Positions 1 to 8,768 of a stretch of DNA of 32,000 nt are shown piece by piece. Numbering within the stretch: the stretch's first letter is position 1; the number at the start of each line of letters is the position of its first letter. The notes under the pieces were generated by a model, which saw nothing but the letters and a program-made list of their open reading frames with translations, ran no database searches and was not told the DNA's origin. The position numbers and the translations under genes are program-made. Source of the DNA: Copranaerobaculum intestinale (GTDB lineage Bacteria; Bacillota_I; Bacilli_A; Erysipelotrichales; Erysipelotrichaceae); contig NZ_WUUQ01000002.1 of NCBI RefSeq assembly GCF_009831105.1, positions 180,001 through 212,000 of the forward strand, read 5' to 3'.

Positions 1-1
1 G

Positions 2-727
2 CTGCCGGCAGATATTCAAAAGGCATCTGCATATTTGGAAGCAAGCCGCCATCATATCGTTTATATGGCATTGGCACCGGAACTGGATCCTGACGGTAAA
101 CTGATTCAATACCTGAAGGAACAGGGTGTAAAGACGGCCGGTGCTCATACGACTGCATCGTATGAAGAATATGAGCGTGGGATTCAGCAGGGTTTGTCAG
201 CATCGACTCATACAGGAAACGGCATGTGTCAGATTGACCGCAGAAATGTCGGAGCACTTGGCGCTGCACTGTTAAATGATGATCTTTATTGTGAGGCGAT
301 CTGTGATTTTCACCATGTTGACCCAAGGATGCTGGATATTATGTTTCGGGTAAAAAAGGATGGATGCCGCAAATTTATCATGATTTCCGATTCCACAGAA
401 GTATCCGGTCTGCCAAAAGGAACCTATACTTCTGATGGCATGCAGGTAACCATTCAGGATAATGGGTTGATCCTGGATGAGGAGGGGACGATCATGGGCA
501 GTGCTCATGATGTACTGTACGGTTTCCAGAACCTGAAAAATAAGATGAAACTGCCGATTGAAGATATTCTGATGATGACGTCACTAAATCCTGCTTCTTT
601 ATTGGGAATAGCGGATCATAAAGGCAGTATTCTGGAAAATAAGGATGCGGATTTTATCATTCTGAATCAGAAGGATGAATTGCTGGCGACCTACGTACAG
701 GGAAACTGTGTTTATCAAAAAGCATAG
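2..727 (+). CDS. nagA: N-acetylglucosamine-6-phosphate deacetylase, C-terminal part (5' end outside window)
   Basis: The frame is open from nt 2 (LPADIQKASAYLEASRHH..), so the TTG at 35 in the ORF track is not the real start. Amidohydrolase-fold strings typical of NagA are present: ALAPE, GAHTTASYEE, STHTGNGM, CDFHHVDP, KDADFIIL. TAG stop at 725-727 is followed by a terminator. Confidence 0.75.
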   Translation: MPADIQKASAYLEASRHHIVYMALAPELDPDGKLIQYLKEQGVKTAGAHTTASYEEYERGIQQGLSASTHTGNGMCQIDRRNVGALGAALLNDDLYCEAICDFHHVDPRMLDIMFRVKKDGCRKFIMISDSTEVSGLPKGTYTSDGMQVTIQDNGLILDEEGTIMGSAHDVLYGFQNLKNKMKLPIEDILMMTSLNPASLLGIADHKGSILENKDADFIILNQKDELLATYVQGNCVYQKA

Positions 728-766
728 CTTGAAGAGGGCATTGACTGTAAGTATTACATTACTTTT

Positions 767-797
767 AAAGGCTGTATTGAAATCAGCCTTTTTTTAT
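767..797 (+). terminator. Rho-independent terminator after nagA
   Basis: AAAGGCTG (767-774) pairs with CAGCCTTT (784-791): 8-bp stem, 9-nt loop, T-run to 797. Confidence 0.6.
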
Positions 798-840
798 GCT
801 TTGTATTTTGACCTTCCCCAAAAACTTGATTGCATAACAT

Positions 841-898
841 AGGACAAGTATCCCTACAAGTGATATAGTTAAAATAACATATGTAAACGATTACATAT
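841..898 (+). promoter_or_regulatory. Candidate sigma-A promoter plus 8-4-8 palindromic operator upstream of the rubredoxin-domain gene
   Basis: -35-like AGGACA at 841-846, 17-nt spacer, extended -10 TGaTATAGT at 861-869. A perfect palindrome ATATGTAA-acga-TTACATAT (879-898) lies between the promoter and the RBS GGAGGAGG (901-908). Confidence 0.35.
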
Positions 899-915
899 AT
901 GGAGGAGGCTTTGCT

Positions 916-1566
916 ATGAAATATGTTTGTACAATATGCGGTTACATATACGATGAAGCCGCAGGCGCCTTAGAAAGCAGAATACCGCCTAATACCCCTT
1001 GGGATGCTCTGCCTTCCGATTGGGTCTGTCCGATTTGCGGCGCACCGAAAGATGTATTTGAAAAAGCGGAAGAGGAAGCACCTGCGGCAGTTAAGGATGA
1101 ACCTTTGACATCTTTTGATGCATCGTGGAATCAGTTGGCATTGAGTGCTTTGTGTTCCAATCTGGCAAAAGGCTGTGAAAAACAGTATCTTGCTGAAGAA
1201 GCAGCTTTATACAACCAGCTGGCTGCTTATTTTGAGACGAAAGCAGTGCCAAAGGAAGGCAATGTACAGGATCTTTTAAATCAGGTCGAACAGGATTTAA
1301 AGGAACTTTATCCGGCTGCTAAACAAGCTGCGGATGACGCCTATGATCGAGGGGCAAAGCGTATTCTGGTATGGAGTGAAAAAGTAAAACGGATCCAAGA
1401 ATCATTATTGAAACGATATGAAACAGAACAGCAAAATCTGATTAAGGATACCAAAGTGTATGTTTGTGAAATCTGCGGTTTTATTTATGTTGGAGATACA
1501 CCGCCTGAGGTATGTCCTGTCTGTAAAGTTCCCAGCTTTAAGCTGGTAGAAGTGGAAAGGGGTTGA
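916..1566 (+). CDS. Rubredoxin-domain / degenerate rubrerythrin-like protein (two Cys4 knuckle domains flanking a helical core)
   Basis: Strong RBS 8 nt upstream. N-terminal rubredoxin signature [21 protein letters not shown]-terminal rubrerythrin-style [15 protein letters not shown]. The helical middle region resembles the last helices of rubrerythrin but lacks ExxH; the protein contains no histidine at all. Confidence 0.8.
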   Translation: MKYVCTICGYIYDEAAGALESRIPPNTPWDALPSDWVCPICGAPKDVFEKAEEEAPAAVKDEPLTSFDASWNQLALSALCSNLAKGCEKQYLAEEAALYNQLAAYFETKAVPKEGNVQDLLNQVEQDLKELYPAAKQAADDAYDRGAKRILVWSEKVKRIQESLLKRYETEQQNLIKDTKVYVCEICGFIYVGDTPPEVCPVCKVPSFKLVEVERG

Positions 1567-1571
1567 AAGCC

Positions 1572-2063
1572 ATGTTTGCGGTAAGAACGATACGATTATG
1601 TACGAAGGATTGCTTATGTCTTTATGTGTGTCCTACGGGTGCCAGTGATACAGAGAACGGTCAGATTGATTGGAGTAAATGCATCGGCTGTGGTTTGTGT
1701 GCAAAGGCATGCCCCTCTCATGCAATTTCCATGGTACCGGAAAAATATCCTGCTCAGCAAAAAAAATCAGAAGCAGTTGAAAATACACTCAATGCTTTGA
1801 TTGAAAGTACGGTAAAACAGGAAGCAGTCGCAGGATATATTGCCCATACTTCTAAGGATCCGATCTTATCTCAGTTTGCGACAGCACTGAAAACTTCAAA
1901 TCGTTTAATGAGTGAGGATTTGTTTCGGGAAGCCGGCTACATGCTTCCGCAGAGTAAAAATGCTCATGCCTTTCTGCGATCTTTGTTGGATGATCCGGAG
2001 TCTGATTTTCCCGTAGCGATTGTGAAAACACTTCTTGATAAAATCGAACAAAATGAAAATTAA
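1572..2063 (+). CDS. 4Fe-4S dicluster-type ferredoxin domain protein with ~110-aa C-terminal extension
   Basis: One canonical motif CIGCGLCAKACP and one atypical motif CTKDCLCLYVCP. ATG at 1572 (alternative TTG at 1563 overlaps the upstream stop), so it is probably translationally coupled to 916-1566. Confidence 0.7.
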   Translation: MFAVRTIRLCTKDCLCLYVCPTGASDTENGQIDWSKCIGCGLCAKACPSHAISMVPEKYPAQQKKSEAVENTLNALIESTVKQEAVAGYIAHTSKDPILSQFATALKTSNRLMSEDLFREAGYMLPQSKNAHAFLRSLLDDPESDFPVAIVKTLLDKIEQNEN

Positions 2064-2128
2064 AAATATGGCTGATCAATATCTTAAAGAGATGATTATC
2101 AGTTTTTCTTATTAATCATTTGAAAAAA

Positions 2129-2162
2129 GCTCCAATTCAACATGTTGTTGATTGGGGCTTTT
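2129..2162 (+). terminator. Rho-independent terminator of the rubredoxin/ferredoxin pair
   Basis: GCTCCAAT(T)CAACA at 2129-2142 pairs with TGTTGATTGGGGC at 2146-2158 (about 13 bp with one bulge and G-U pairs), followed by TTTT. Confidence 0.65.
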
Positions 2163-2518
2163 ATGAATCGTATACTACTGAATTTCTTTATGTCCTTTTT
2201 CTGTTTTCTATTCTTCAAACATGTAATAACTTATTCGGATAATCCCCGCGAGGATATTTAAAACCACCATATGCGCAGGTAGGATGATTTGATATGTTGC
2301 AATTCCCGAGTTTTGTAAGGTTTCTTTATTTTCAATGACATGAAATTCTCGAGGATGTGCATTCCTGCTAGAAGGTGAGAACTGCACTTCTTGCAATATT
2401 TTTAATAGTTTCTCTTTTTACGCTGATGTTTGATTTAAACATCATGGCTTTTTCTCATGATAACTCTTTCATCCATTCATACATTTATCTCATATACATA
2501 ATGAAAACTGCTAATATG

Positions 2519-2541
2519 AAAAAAACAGACCCTTCGATCTG
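2519..2541 (-). terminator. Terminator of rpmB
   Basis: The minus strand reads CAGATC-gaag-GGTCTG followed by TTTTTTT. The G-U pair exists only on the minus-strand RNA, which fits this orientation. Confidence 0.5.
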
Positions 2542-2543
2542 CT

Positions 2544-2735
2544 TTAGATAGCGTTTTTTGCTTTTAATGTTTTTAAAGCACGAGCAGAAATGCGAAGTGT
2601 CTGAGGTTTACCATCAACAACAACTTTTACTTTCTGTAAGTTAACATTCCATTTACGACGAGAAGCGCGCATGGAGTGAGAACGCTTATTTCCGGACAAC
2701 GGTCCTTTACCTGTAATTGCACAAACTTTTGACAT
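2544..2735 (-). CDS. rpmB: 50S ribosomal protein L28
   Basis: [38 protein letters not shown].. is a classic L28 sequence. ATG at 2735 lies 8 nt after GAAGGAGGG. The longer 99-aa ORF in the track is an upstream in-frame extension. Confidence 0.92.
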   Translation of the reverse strand: MSKVCAITGKGPLSGNKRSHSMRASRRKWNVNLQKVKVVVDGKPQTLRISARALKTLKAKNAI

Positions 2736-2914
2736 ACCGAGCCCTCCTTCCGTAGGTGCTTTCCATAATTGCTTACTAAGCATATCATTTCTCCTCTTAA
2801 AAAGCAAGAAGTTTCTTACAAAAAGATACTTAAAAAGGAACACATTGCGGATTGTAATATTTTATAATATAATTATGTTGAGAAAGTGGGGCATAAAGCA
2901 AAGGAGGGTACAAA

Positions 2915-4777
2915 ATGACAAAGATTTGGAAAATGGGTACAGTTCTTTTTCTTGGTGCAGCCTTACTGAGCAGTTTTGCGTATCCCCTGCATGCCGAAGA
3001 TTCAGTAACAGGTGAGGGAACGATCATTGATGTGGATGAGCACGGTAATGTGTCTTTCATTGAACCGAAAGAAAATGATATAAGCGAAGAGCTGAAAAAG
3101 CAGTATGAAAATACCGATACATATGAAGTTGTCAGTACGATTGGCAACTATAAACAGGTCATTGGAACCTATGACAGTTTTGAAGAAGCAAAGCAGATGA
3201 AGAATCTTCGTAGCCGTATGCGTTCTACAGGTGATGTTACGATTGAAGGGAATGGTTTGCTGCGTGATGTGCAGTATGGCACTGTGGATTTTAAGACAAA
3301 AGCCAATACCTCGACTACAACGTATTATCAAAATGCGGATAAGAGCGGAGTACAGGGTTATTTGAACGGCAATTCAGCATCTGACGGTGCATATCTCGGT
3401 ACCAATGCTGACGGCAGTATGGTGAAATTCAAAATGTCCGGAGTTACTGCATGGGTCAGTATTAACGATGTGGTCATCCGTGATTTTAATAATTCGTATA
3501 ACAGTTATTATAAGATTTATGACGCGACAGGATATTTGTGTCATTATGTTTCTTTTCAAGCAGATAGTACGAAGGGACAAAGTTACAGCGGCGGTATCGT
3601 TGTCGGAAAGGCTCCTTCTTATTTAAAACGAGGTACGTATTATTACAGTTATGACGGTATTTATTTTTATACCGATTACAGTCTGATGATCAATGATTAT
3701 AAAAATGGGGTCAGTACCCATGCGGTCAATGCTGATAGTCCGTATTATAATTACTTCCAGTATCTGCCGTTTCGCACCAAAACAAACTTTACGGCAGGGC
3801 AGCTCAATCAGCTGGTCATAACCGAAACTCATAATAATGCGGCATCGAAACTGATGAATACCGGCAGTCTGTTTATAAACCAGCAGAACAAATACGGGGT
3901 AAATGCGGCTATGATGCTGAGCGGAGGAGCGATCGAAAGCGCATGGGGAACCAGCAGCTATGCGGTTAACCGCAATAATCTCTTTGGGCATATGGCCTAC
4001 GACAGCGATCCGGATAATGCCGCTAATTATGCAACGATCGAAGATGGGATTGCCGCCCATGCGAAAACTTATCTTTCCGATGGGTATCTGAATCCCAAGG
4101 ACTCTCGCTATTTTGGGCCTCAGTTCGGTAATAAAAACGGCGGGATCAACTTTAAATATGCATCCGATCCGAATCTCGGTGAAAAATATGCTTCAATTAT
4201 GTATGATATTGAATTTGACAACGGTGAGAAAAATATTGACTATGGGAAATATACGATTGGTATCGTTAACGGTTGGAGCTTGAATGTCAGAAAAGAAGCG
4301 ACAACTTCTTCCAAGGCGCTGTATCAGACTTCCCCATGGGGCGGACAGCCGGTGGTTATTTTAGGAAAAGTGTCCGGACAGGCAGTCAATGGCAACACAA
4401 CATGGTATAAAATTCAAAGTGATGCGGTACTGACAAGCGATCGCAGTGCGGTGCAGGGAATAGGCAATTATGATTTTGATCGTGATTATGGCTATGTATC
4501 CGCTGAATATGTAGATGTGATATATAACAACGGAAATATCCCGAATACCGATCCCGAGCCCACTCCTGATCCGAATTATAAGTTGGGAGATGTAAATAAT
4601 GATGGAAAAATTTCGACTATGGATTATGTTTTAGTAAAAAATCATATCTTGCAACTCGGTAACTTAACTGGAAAAGCAGCAATTGCTGCGGATGTAAATA
4701 AAGACGGCAAAATTTCGACTATGGATTATGTATTGATCAAAAATCATATTTTGGGGATTTCGCATATTACAGAATAA
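2915..4777 (+). CDS. Secreted peptidoglycan hydrolase: GH73 N-acetylglucosaminidase + SH3b-like + type-I dockerin
   Basis: RBS AAGGAGGG. Signal peptide MTKIWKMGTVLFLGAALLSSFAYPLHA. GH73 core ..GVNAAMMLSGGAIESAWGTSSYAVNRNNLFG... SH3b-like GWSLNVRKE..TTWYKIQSD. P/D-rich linker, then two dockerin Ca-binding segments DVNNDGKISTMDY and DVNKDGKISTMDY. Confidence 0.85.
   Translation: MTKIWKMGTVLFLGAALLSSFAYPLHAEDSVTGEGTIIDVDEHGNVSFIEPKENDISEELKKQYENTDTYEVVSTIGNYKQVIGTYDSFEEAKQMKNLRSRMRSTGDVTIEGNGLLRDVQYGTVDFKTKANTSTTTYYQNADKSGVQGYLNGNSASDGAYLGTNADGSMVKFKMSGVTAWVSINDVVIRDFNNSYNSYYKIYDATGYLCHYVSFQADSTKGQSYSGGIVVGKAPSYLKRGTYYYSYDGIYFYTDYSLMINDYKNGVSTHAVNADSPYYNYFQYLPFRTKTNFTAGQLNQLVITETHNNAASKLMNTGSLFINQQNKYGVNAAMMLSGGAIESAWGTSSYAVNRNNLFGHMAYDSDPDNAANYATIEDGIAAHAKTYLSDGYLNPKDSRYFGPQFGNKNGGINFKYASDPNLGEKYASIMYDIEFDNGEKNIDYGKYTIGIVNGWSLNVRKEATTSSKALYQTSPWGGQPVVILGKVSGQAVNGNTTWYKIQSDAVLTSDRSAVQGIGNYDFDRDYGYVSAEYVDVIYNNGNIPNTDPEPTPDPNYKLGDVNNDGKISTMDYVLVKNHILQLGNLTGKAAIAADVNKDGKISTMDYVLIKNHILGISHITE
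4589..4753 (+). repeat. Duplicated 63-nt dockerin segment (intragenic)
   Basis: 4589-4651 and 4691-4753 encode DVNNDGKISTMDYVLVKNHIL and DVNKDGKISTMDYVLIKNHIL. The two DNA copies are visibly near-identical. Confidence 0.85.
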
Positions 4778-4788
4778 GGAGAATAACA

Positions 4789-6186
4789 TTGAAAATAACA
4801 TATAAAAGAAAACTTTTCATTTTCATGATTTTATCGTTTTTGCTAGTCAGTACTACTTCCATTCGTTCGGCAAATGTTGCTCCTTATGGTACTTTCTCGG
4901 CTACTGCATCGTGTGGATCTTATGAAGGAAAAGTAATTGTCAACGTATCAAATGCGACACTGGTCAGTGCAAATGACTGGTGTGATCGCGGGAAGACGGT
5001 GCAGGCTACCGCAAAAGCTGGTGCTTCAGGAAGCGCGTCTATCAGCATGTCTATAGTAGATGCAGTGAATACCGGTACGAATCCCCCCACCGAGGCCGGA
5101 ACAGTGTACATCGGAGGCACTACCATTTCAATTGTTTCTAATAGTGGCGGTAATAGCGGCGGCAACGGAAACAATAACAGCAGTAACAATAATAACAGCG
5201 GAAGCGGAAATAACAATCCTGCGACCCCTCCTGTTAAAGACGATCAGGATGATAAAAGCAGCGAATCTATGCTTTCATCCTTGACGGTAAGCAAAGGAAA
5301 GCTTTCACCAGAATTTGATGAGAATATCACTTCCTATAACCTTAATCTGACAAATGACATAGCGTCAATCGACGTAAATGCAAAAGCAAAGGATGCCAAG
5401 GCAGCGGTTTCAGGTATCGGCAAGCATGATCTGAAGGCCGGCAAAACGGATATCAATATAACCGTGACCGCTGAGAATGGCAGTACTCGCACCTATACAA
5501 TTCATGTCACGGTCGAGGAAAAACCAAAAGAATTTATCAAATACAACGGGCAAAAACTTGGAATACTAACCAATCTTGATGAGGTAACCCCACCCTCAGG
5601 GTTTGAAAAGACCAAAGTAAAGGTTTCGGGCAAAGAGCGTGATGGATGGTACAATGCCGCTTCAAAAATTTATCTGATCTATCTGGCTGATAAGGATATG
5701 GTTAAAAATTTCTATATGGTTGAAAACCAACAGGTCACATCCATTTATAAACCGATTCAACTGCTGGGTAAATCTTTGGTTATGATTGATGTGCCGGATG
5801 TTTTACAGAAAAAGAACGGCATGAAATTTACAACGATTACAATTGATAATCAAAAGTTAAAGGGATGGACATTCAAAGATAAGAATTTTCAAAATTATTA
5901 TTTGATTTATGTAATGGATACCAAAGGCAATGTAAAGTATTATCAGTATGAAAAAACGGAGGAAACTCTTCAGTTATACAGTGGTGCAGCGCCGATTACC
6001 GCACATGACTATGAAAAAGAAAGAGCGAACAGCGGTAATAGCTGGCTGATCTATACAGGGCTGGGCAGCAGTGCAGTGTTGCTTGCTGCGCTCATTTACA
6101 CCTATCTGCGCAATAAGAAAAACGTGGCATATCTGATGACCCAGCGGCGTTTGAATTATCGAAATGAAGATAAGGAATCCTTATAA
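4789..6186 (+). CDS. Membrane-anchored surface protein with a cadherin-like beta-sandwich domain
   Basis: TTG start after AAGGAGA. N-terminal signal/TM segment, then an Asn/Ser/Gly low-complexity linker. The segment LSSLTVSKGKLSPEFDENITSYNLNL..TYTIHV matches the cadherin-like beta-sandwich pattern. Two GW..YLIY..Y repeats follow, then a C-terminal TM helix WLIYTGLGSSAVLLAALIYTYL and a basic tail. Confidence 0.75.
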   Translation: MKITYKRKLFIFMILSFLLVSTTSIRSANVAPYGTFSATASCGSYEGKVIVNVSNATLVSANDWCDRGKTVQATAKAGASGSASISMSIVDAVNTGTNPPTEAGTVYIGGTTISIVSNSGGNSGGNGNNNSSNNNNSGSGNNNPATPPVKDDQDDKSSESMLSSLTVSKGKLSPEFDENITSYNLNLTNDIASIDVNAKAKDAKAAVSGIGKHDLKAGKTDINITVTAENGSTRTYTIHVTVEEKPKEFIKYNGQKLGILTNLDEVTPPSGFEKTKVKVSGKERDGWYNAASKIYLIYLADKDMVKNFYMVENQQVTSIYKPIQLLGKSLVMIDVPDVLQKKNGMKFTTITIDNQKLKGWTFKDKNFQNYYLIYVMDTKGNVKYYQYEKTEETLQLYSGAAPITAHDYEKERANSGNSWLIYTGLGSSAVLLAALIYTYLRNKKNVAYLMTQRRLNYRNEDKESL

Positions 6187-6204
6187 TGTAAACGGAAAAG
6201 AAAG

Positions 6205-6241
6205 AAACGGGAAAACCAAAGTTGGGATTCTCGTTTTTTTT
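6205..6241 (+). terminator. Terminator after the surface-protein gene
   Basis: AAACGGGAA (6205-6213) pairs with TTCTCGTTT (6228-6236): 9-bp stem with one G-U pair, then a long T-run. Confidence 0.5.
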
Positions 6242-6377
6242 GATGTAAGCATCCTATTTTTGGAAATGTAATGCCATATTTATTTTTGGTGTAAAATAAG
6301 ATTTTAGTATTTTTAATAAGGGCAAATTATGATATGATATTATAGAATGAATGATTCATGTAAGGGGGTTCATCCTT

Positions 6378-7637
6378 ATGCAAATAAAGCAGATTTATGC
6401 TGCACTTGAAATTGCTGATCATGAAGTCCGTTTGATTGTCGGCGAGTTCTTTGAAACTCGATTCAACGTGCTCTGTGTAGAACGAGTTAAAACAACCGGA
6501 GTAAGCAATCGAGTTATCGTTAATGAACAAAACGTGATTGCCGCTATTATCAAGGCGACAACCAATGCGTCCAAAACTCTCGGTTATCGGATCAATCGGG
6601 TGTTATTGGCGATACCATCAGTGAATGTGGCTCGTCATAATAAACGAATCAATGTGTTCGTTGAGGACGGCTCTCATCGGGTTCGTTTGCAGCATATTCA
6701 AAAGGGAATCAACGATGCGATCGTGTATCGACCGGAAACGGATAAAGAATTGGTAAATGTAGGATGTATTAAGTACATTACGAATGGAATTACCTCACGT
6801 AAGATGCCGCTTCAGGAAATCTGTGATGTGTTAACTCTGAACGTCGATCTGTTATATGCGGATAAAGAAATAGTTTACAGTTATGCCAGCTGTATTGAAA
6901 AAGCTGGTCTTGAAATTCTCGATATTTGTCTGGATGCTTACGCACAGGCACAGGAAGCCGCTGTGTTTGAACAAACAGTTGATAAATATGTAGTATTAGT
7001 AGATTTAGGAAGACAAAATACGACACTTTCTTTATTTACGCATGGTAAACTAGTGAGTTGTGAGCTTCTTGAAACCGGATACGGGGAATGGTGCTCACGG
7101 CTGAAGGATACATATGGTTTGCCGGTTGATATCGGCTATCGGCTGCTTCAAAATGGTTTTGCGATGAACAGCGACGCGATCAGCGATCGGTTGGTCTATA
7201 TCTGGAATGAGCATGGAGAGCAGAAGCAGCTGACGGAGCGTCAGCTTTATGAAGCGGTTCATGAAAGCATGGAAAAGTGGATCGAAACATTGAATATTTC
7301 CTGCCAGCCGATTGTGGAAAGCGGAAATGTACATTATATGATTACCGGAGAGGGTGCAGAAATTCAGCCTTTGGAAGTATTAAAGACAAAGCTGAACGCG
7401 CCGGCTCAGATTTATGTTCCGCAAACGATCGGGGCTCGAGATTGTGCTTTGGTTACATGTCTGGGATTGTTTTACAGCTGGCGTGAAATCAACACAATTC
7501 GCAAGGATGAGCGGGTTAGCTGTGATTTACGAGAAATGGAAACGGTCATGGTTTCGGCTGCTCATAAGAGCACACATGATGAAAGCAGCTTTACGAAAAA
7601 GTTAAAGAATATTCTATTAAGTGAAAAAGAGAAATAG
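6378..7637 (+). CDS. ftsA: Cell division protein FtsA
   Basis: Actin-like/SHS2 N-terminus MQIKQIYAALEIADHEVRLIVGE. C-terminal amphipathic tail ..FTKKLKNILL. Sits directly upstream of ftsZ. ATG at 6378 lies 9 nt after AAGGGGG; the track ORF starts earlier at 6351. Confidence 0.85.
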   Translation: MQIKQIYAALEIADHEVRLIVGEFFETRFNVLCVERVKTTGVSNRVIVNEQNVIAAIIKATTNASKTLGYRINRVLLAIPSVNVARHNKRINVFVEDGSHRVRLQHIQKGINDAIVYRPETDKELVNVGCIKYITNGITSRKMPLQEICDVLTLNVDLLYADKEIVYSYASCIEKAGLEILDICLDAYAQAQEAAVFEQTVDKYVVLVDLGRQNTTLSLFTHGKLVSCELLETGYGEWCSRLKDTYGLPVDIGYRLLQNGFAMNSDAISDRLVYIWNEHGEQKQLTERQLYEAVHESMEKWIETLNISCQPIVESGNVHYMITGEGAEIQPLEVLKTKLNAPAQIYVPQTIGARDCALVTCLGLFYSWREINTIRKDERVSCDLREMETVMVSAAHKSTHDESSFTKKLKNILLSEKEK

Positions 7638-7653
7638 AGAGCGAGGAAGAACG

Positions 7654-8763
7654 ATGAGCGACTTACAATTTGAACAGGTAGCCAATATCAAGGTATTTGG
7701 TGTCGGCGGCGGTGGCTGTAATGCAGTGAACCGTATGATTTCCGAAGGGGTTCACGGAGTTGAATTTTATGTATGCAATACTGATTTACAGGCCTTGAAT
7801 ATTTCGGCTTGTACGAATAAACTGGTTCTGGGACGTGAGGTAACCCGAGGTTTGGGCGCAGGGGCAAATCCAGAAATCGGACGCCGGGCAGCTCAGGAAA
7901 ATGAAACTGAGATTCGTGATGCGATCAAGGGCAGTGATATGGTCTTTATCACTGCTGGATTAGGCGGAGGAACCGGAACTGGTGCAGCGCCATTGTTTGC
8001 GAAAATAGCTAAGGAAGAGGGTGCACTGACGGTAGGTATTGTCACAAAGCCGTTCACTTTTGAAGGAAAGAAAAGATTGCTGGCAGCTGAAGCCGGGTTG
8101 GCAGAACTGCGTGAATATGTGGATTCCTTGATCATTGTATCCAACAATAACCTGATAGAAGTAATTGGCCGCAAGCCGCTTGTAGAAGCGTTCCAGGCAG
8201 CTGATAACATCCTTCGTCAGGGAGTTCAGACGATCACGGATTTGATCGCCGTACCAGCGTTGATCAACCTTGATTTCGCTGATGTTAAGGCAATTATGGA
8301 GGGTCAAGGCAGTGCATTGATCGGAATCGGTATGGCTGAGGGTGAAGATAAAGCTCGTGCCGCAGCTGAAAAAGCAATTCAGTCACCGCTTTTGGAAGCA
8401 CAGATTTCCGGGGCAAAGAATGCCATTGTCAATATTACCGGCGGTGAAAGTATTACGCTGTTCGATGCGGAGGATGCTATGGCATTGGTACGTGAAGCAG
8501 CCGGCAATGATATTGATGCGATCTTCGGTGTTGCCATCAATGAAAAGCTAGGCGACTCTATTATTGTTACAGTTATCGCAACGGGATTCGATCAGCCGAA
8601 GGAAAGTGTTGTGAAAGCTGTACCTAAGGCTCCGGGAGCGCGCAGCAGCACATTTGTGAAACCGCAGCCGATTGAGGAAGAACCAATTTCTCATTTTGAA
8701 GAATCAAAAGTGGATGAGGATGAAGATGAGGGCGGTATTCCTACTTTCTTTAGAACACGTTGA
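7654..8763 (+). CDS. ftsZ: Cell division GTPase FtsZ
   Basis: Contains [17 protein letters not shown], the tubulin signature [10 protein letters not shown], and NLDFADV. Acidic C-terminal tail with conserved IPTFFR. ATG at 7654 after GAGGAAG. Confidence 0.95.
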   Translation: MSDLQFEQVANIKVFGVGGGGCNAVNRMISEGVHGVEFYVCNTDLQALNISACTNKLVLGREVTRGLGAGANPEIGRRAAQENETEIRDAIKGSDMVFITAGLGGGTGTGAAPLFAKIAKEEGALTVGIVTKPFTFEGKKRLLAAEAGLAELREYVDSLIIVSNNNLIEVIGRKPLVEAFQAADNILRQGVQTITDLIAVPALINLDFADVKAIMEGQGSALIGIGMAEGEDKARAAAEKAIQSPLLEAQISGAKNAIVNITGGESITLFDAEDAMALVREAAGNDIDAIFGVAINEKLGDSIIVTVIATGFDQPKESVVKAVPKAPGARSSTFVKPQPIEEEPISHFEESKVDEDEDEGGIPTFFRTR

Positions 8764-8768
8764 TTCTT

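Noticed and set aside
2208-2396. 62-aa minus-strand ORF
   Set aside because: TTG start, no RBS, no motif. It is kept only as part of the unexplained-gap note.
6316-6326. ATAAGGGCAAA upstream of ftsA, matching the element's arm-repeat motif
   Set aside because: It is a single isolated 11-mer in AT-rich promoter DNA, with no adjacent core or partner repeats. It is probably chance. A genome-wide count would settle it.
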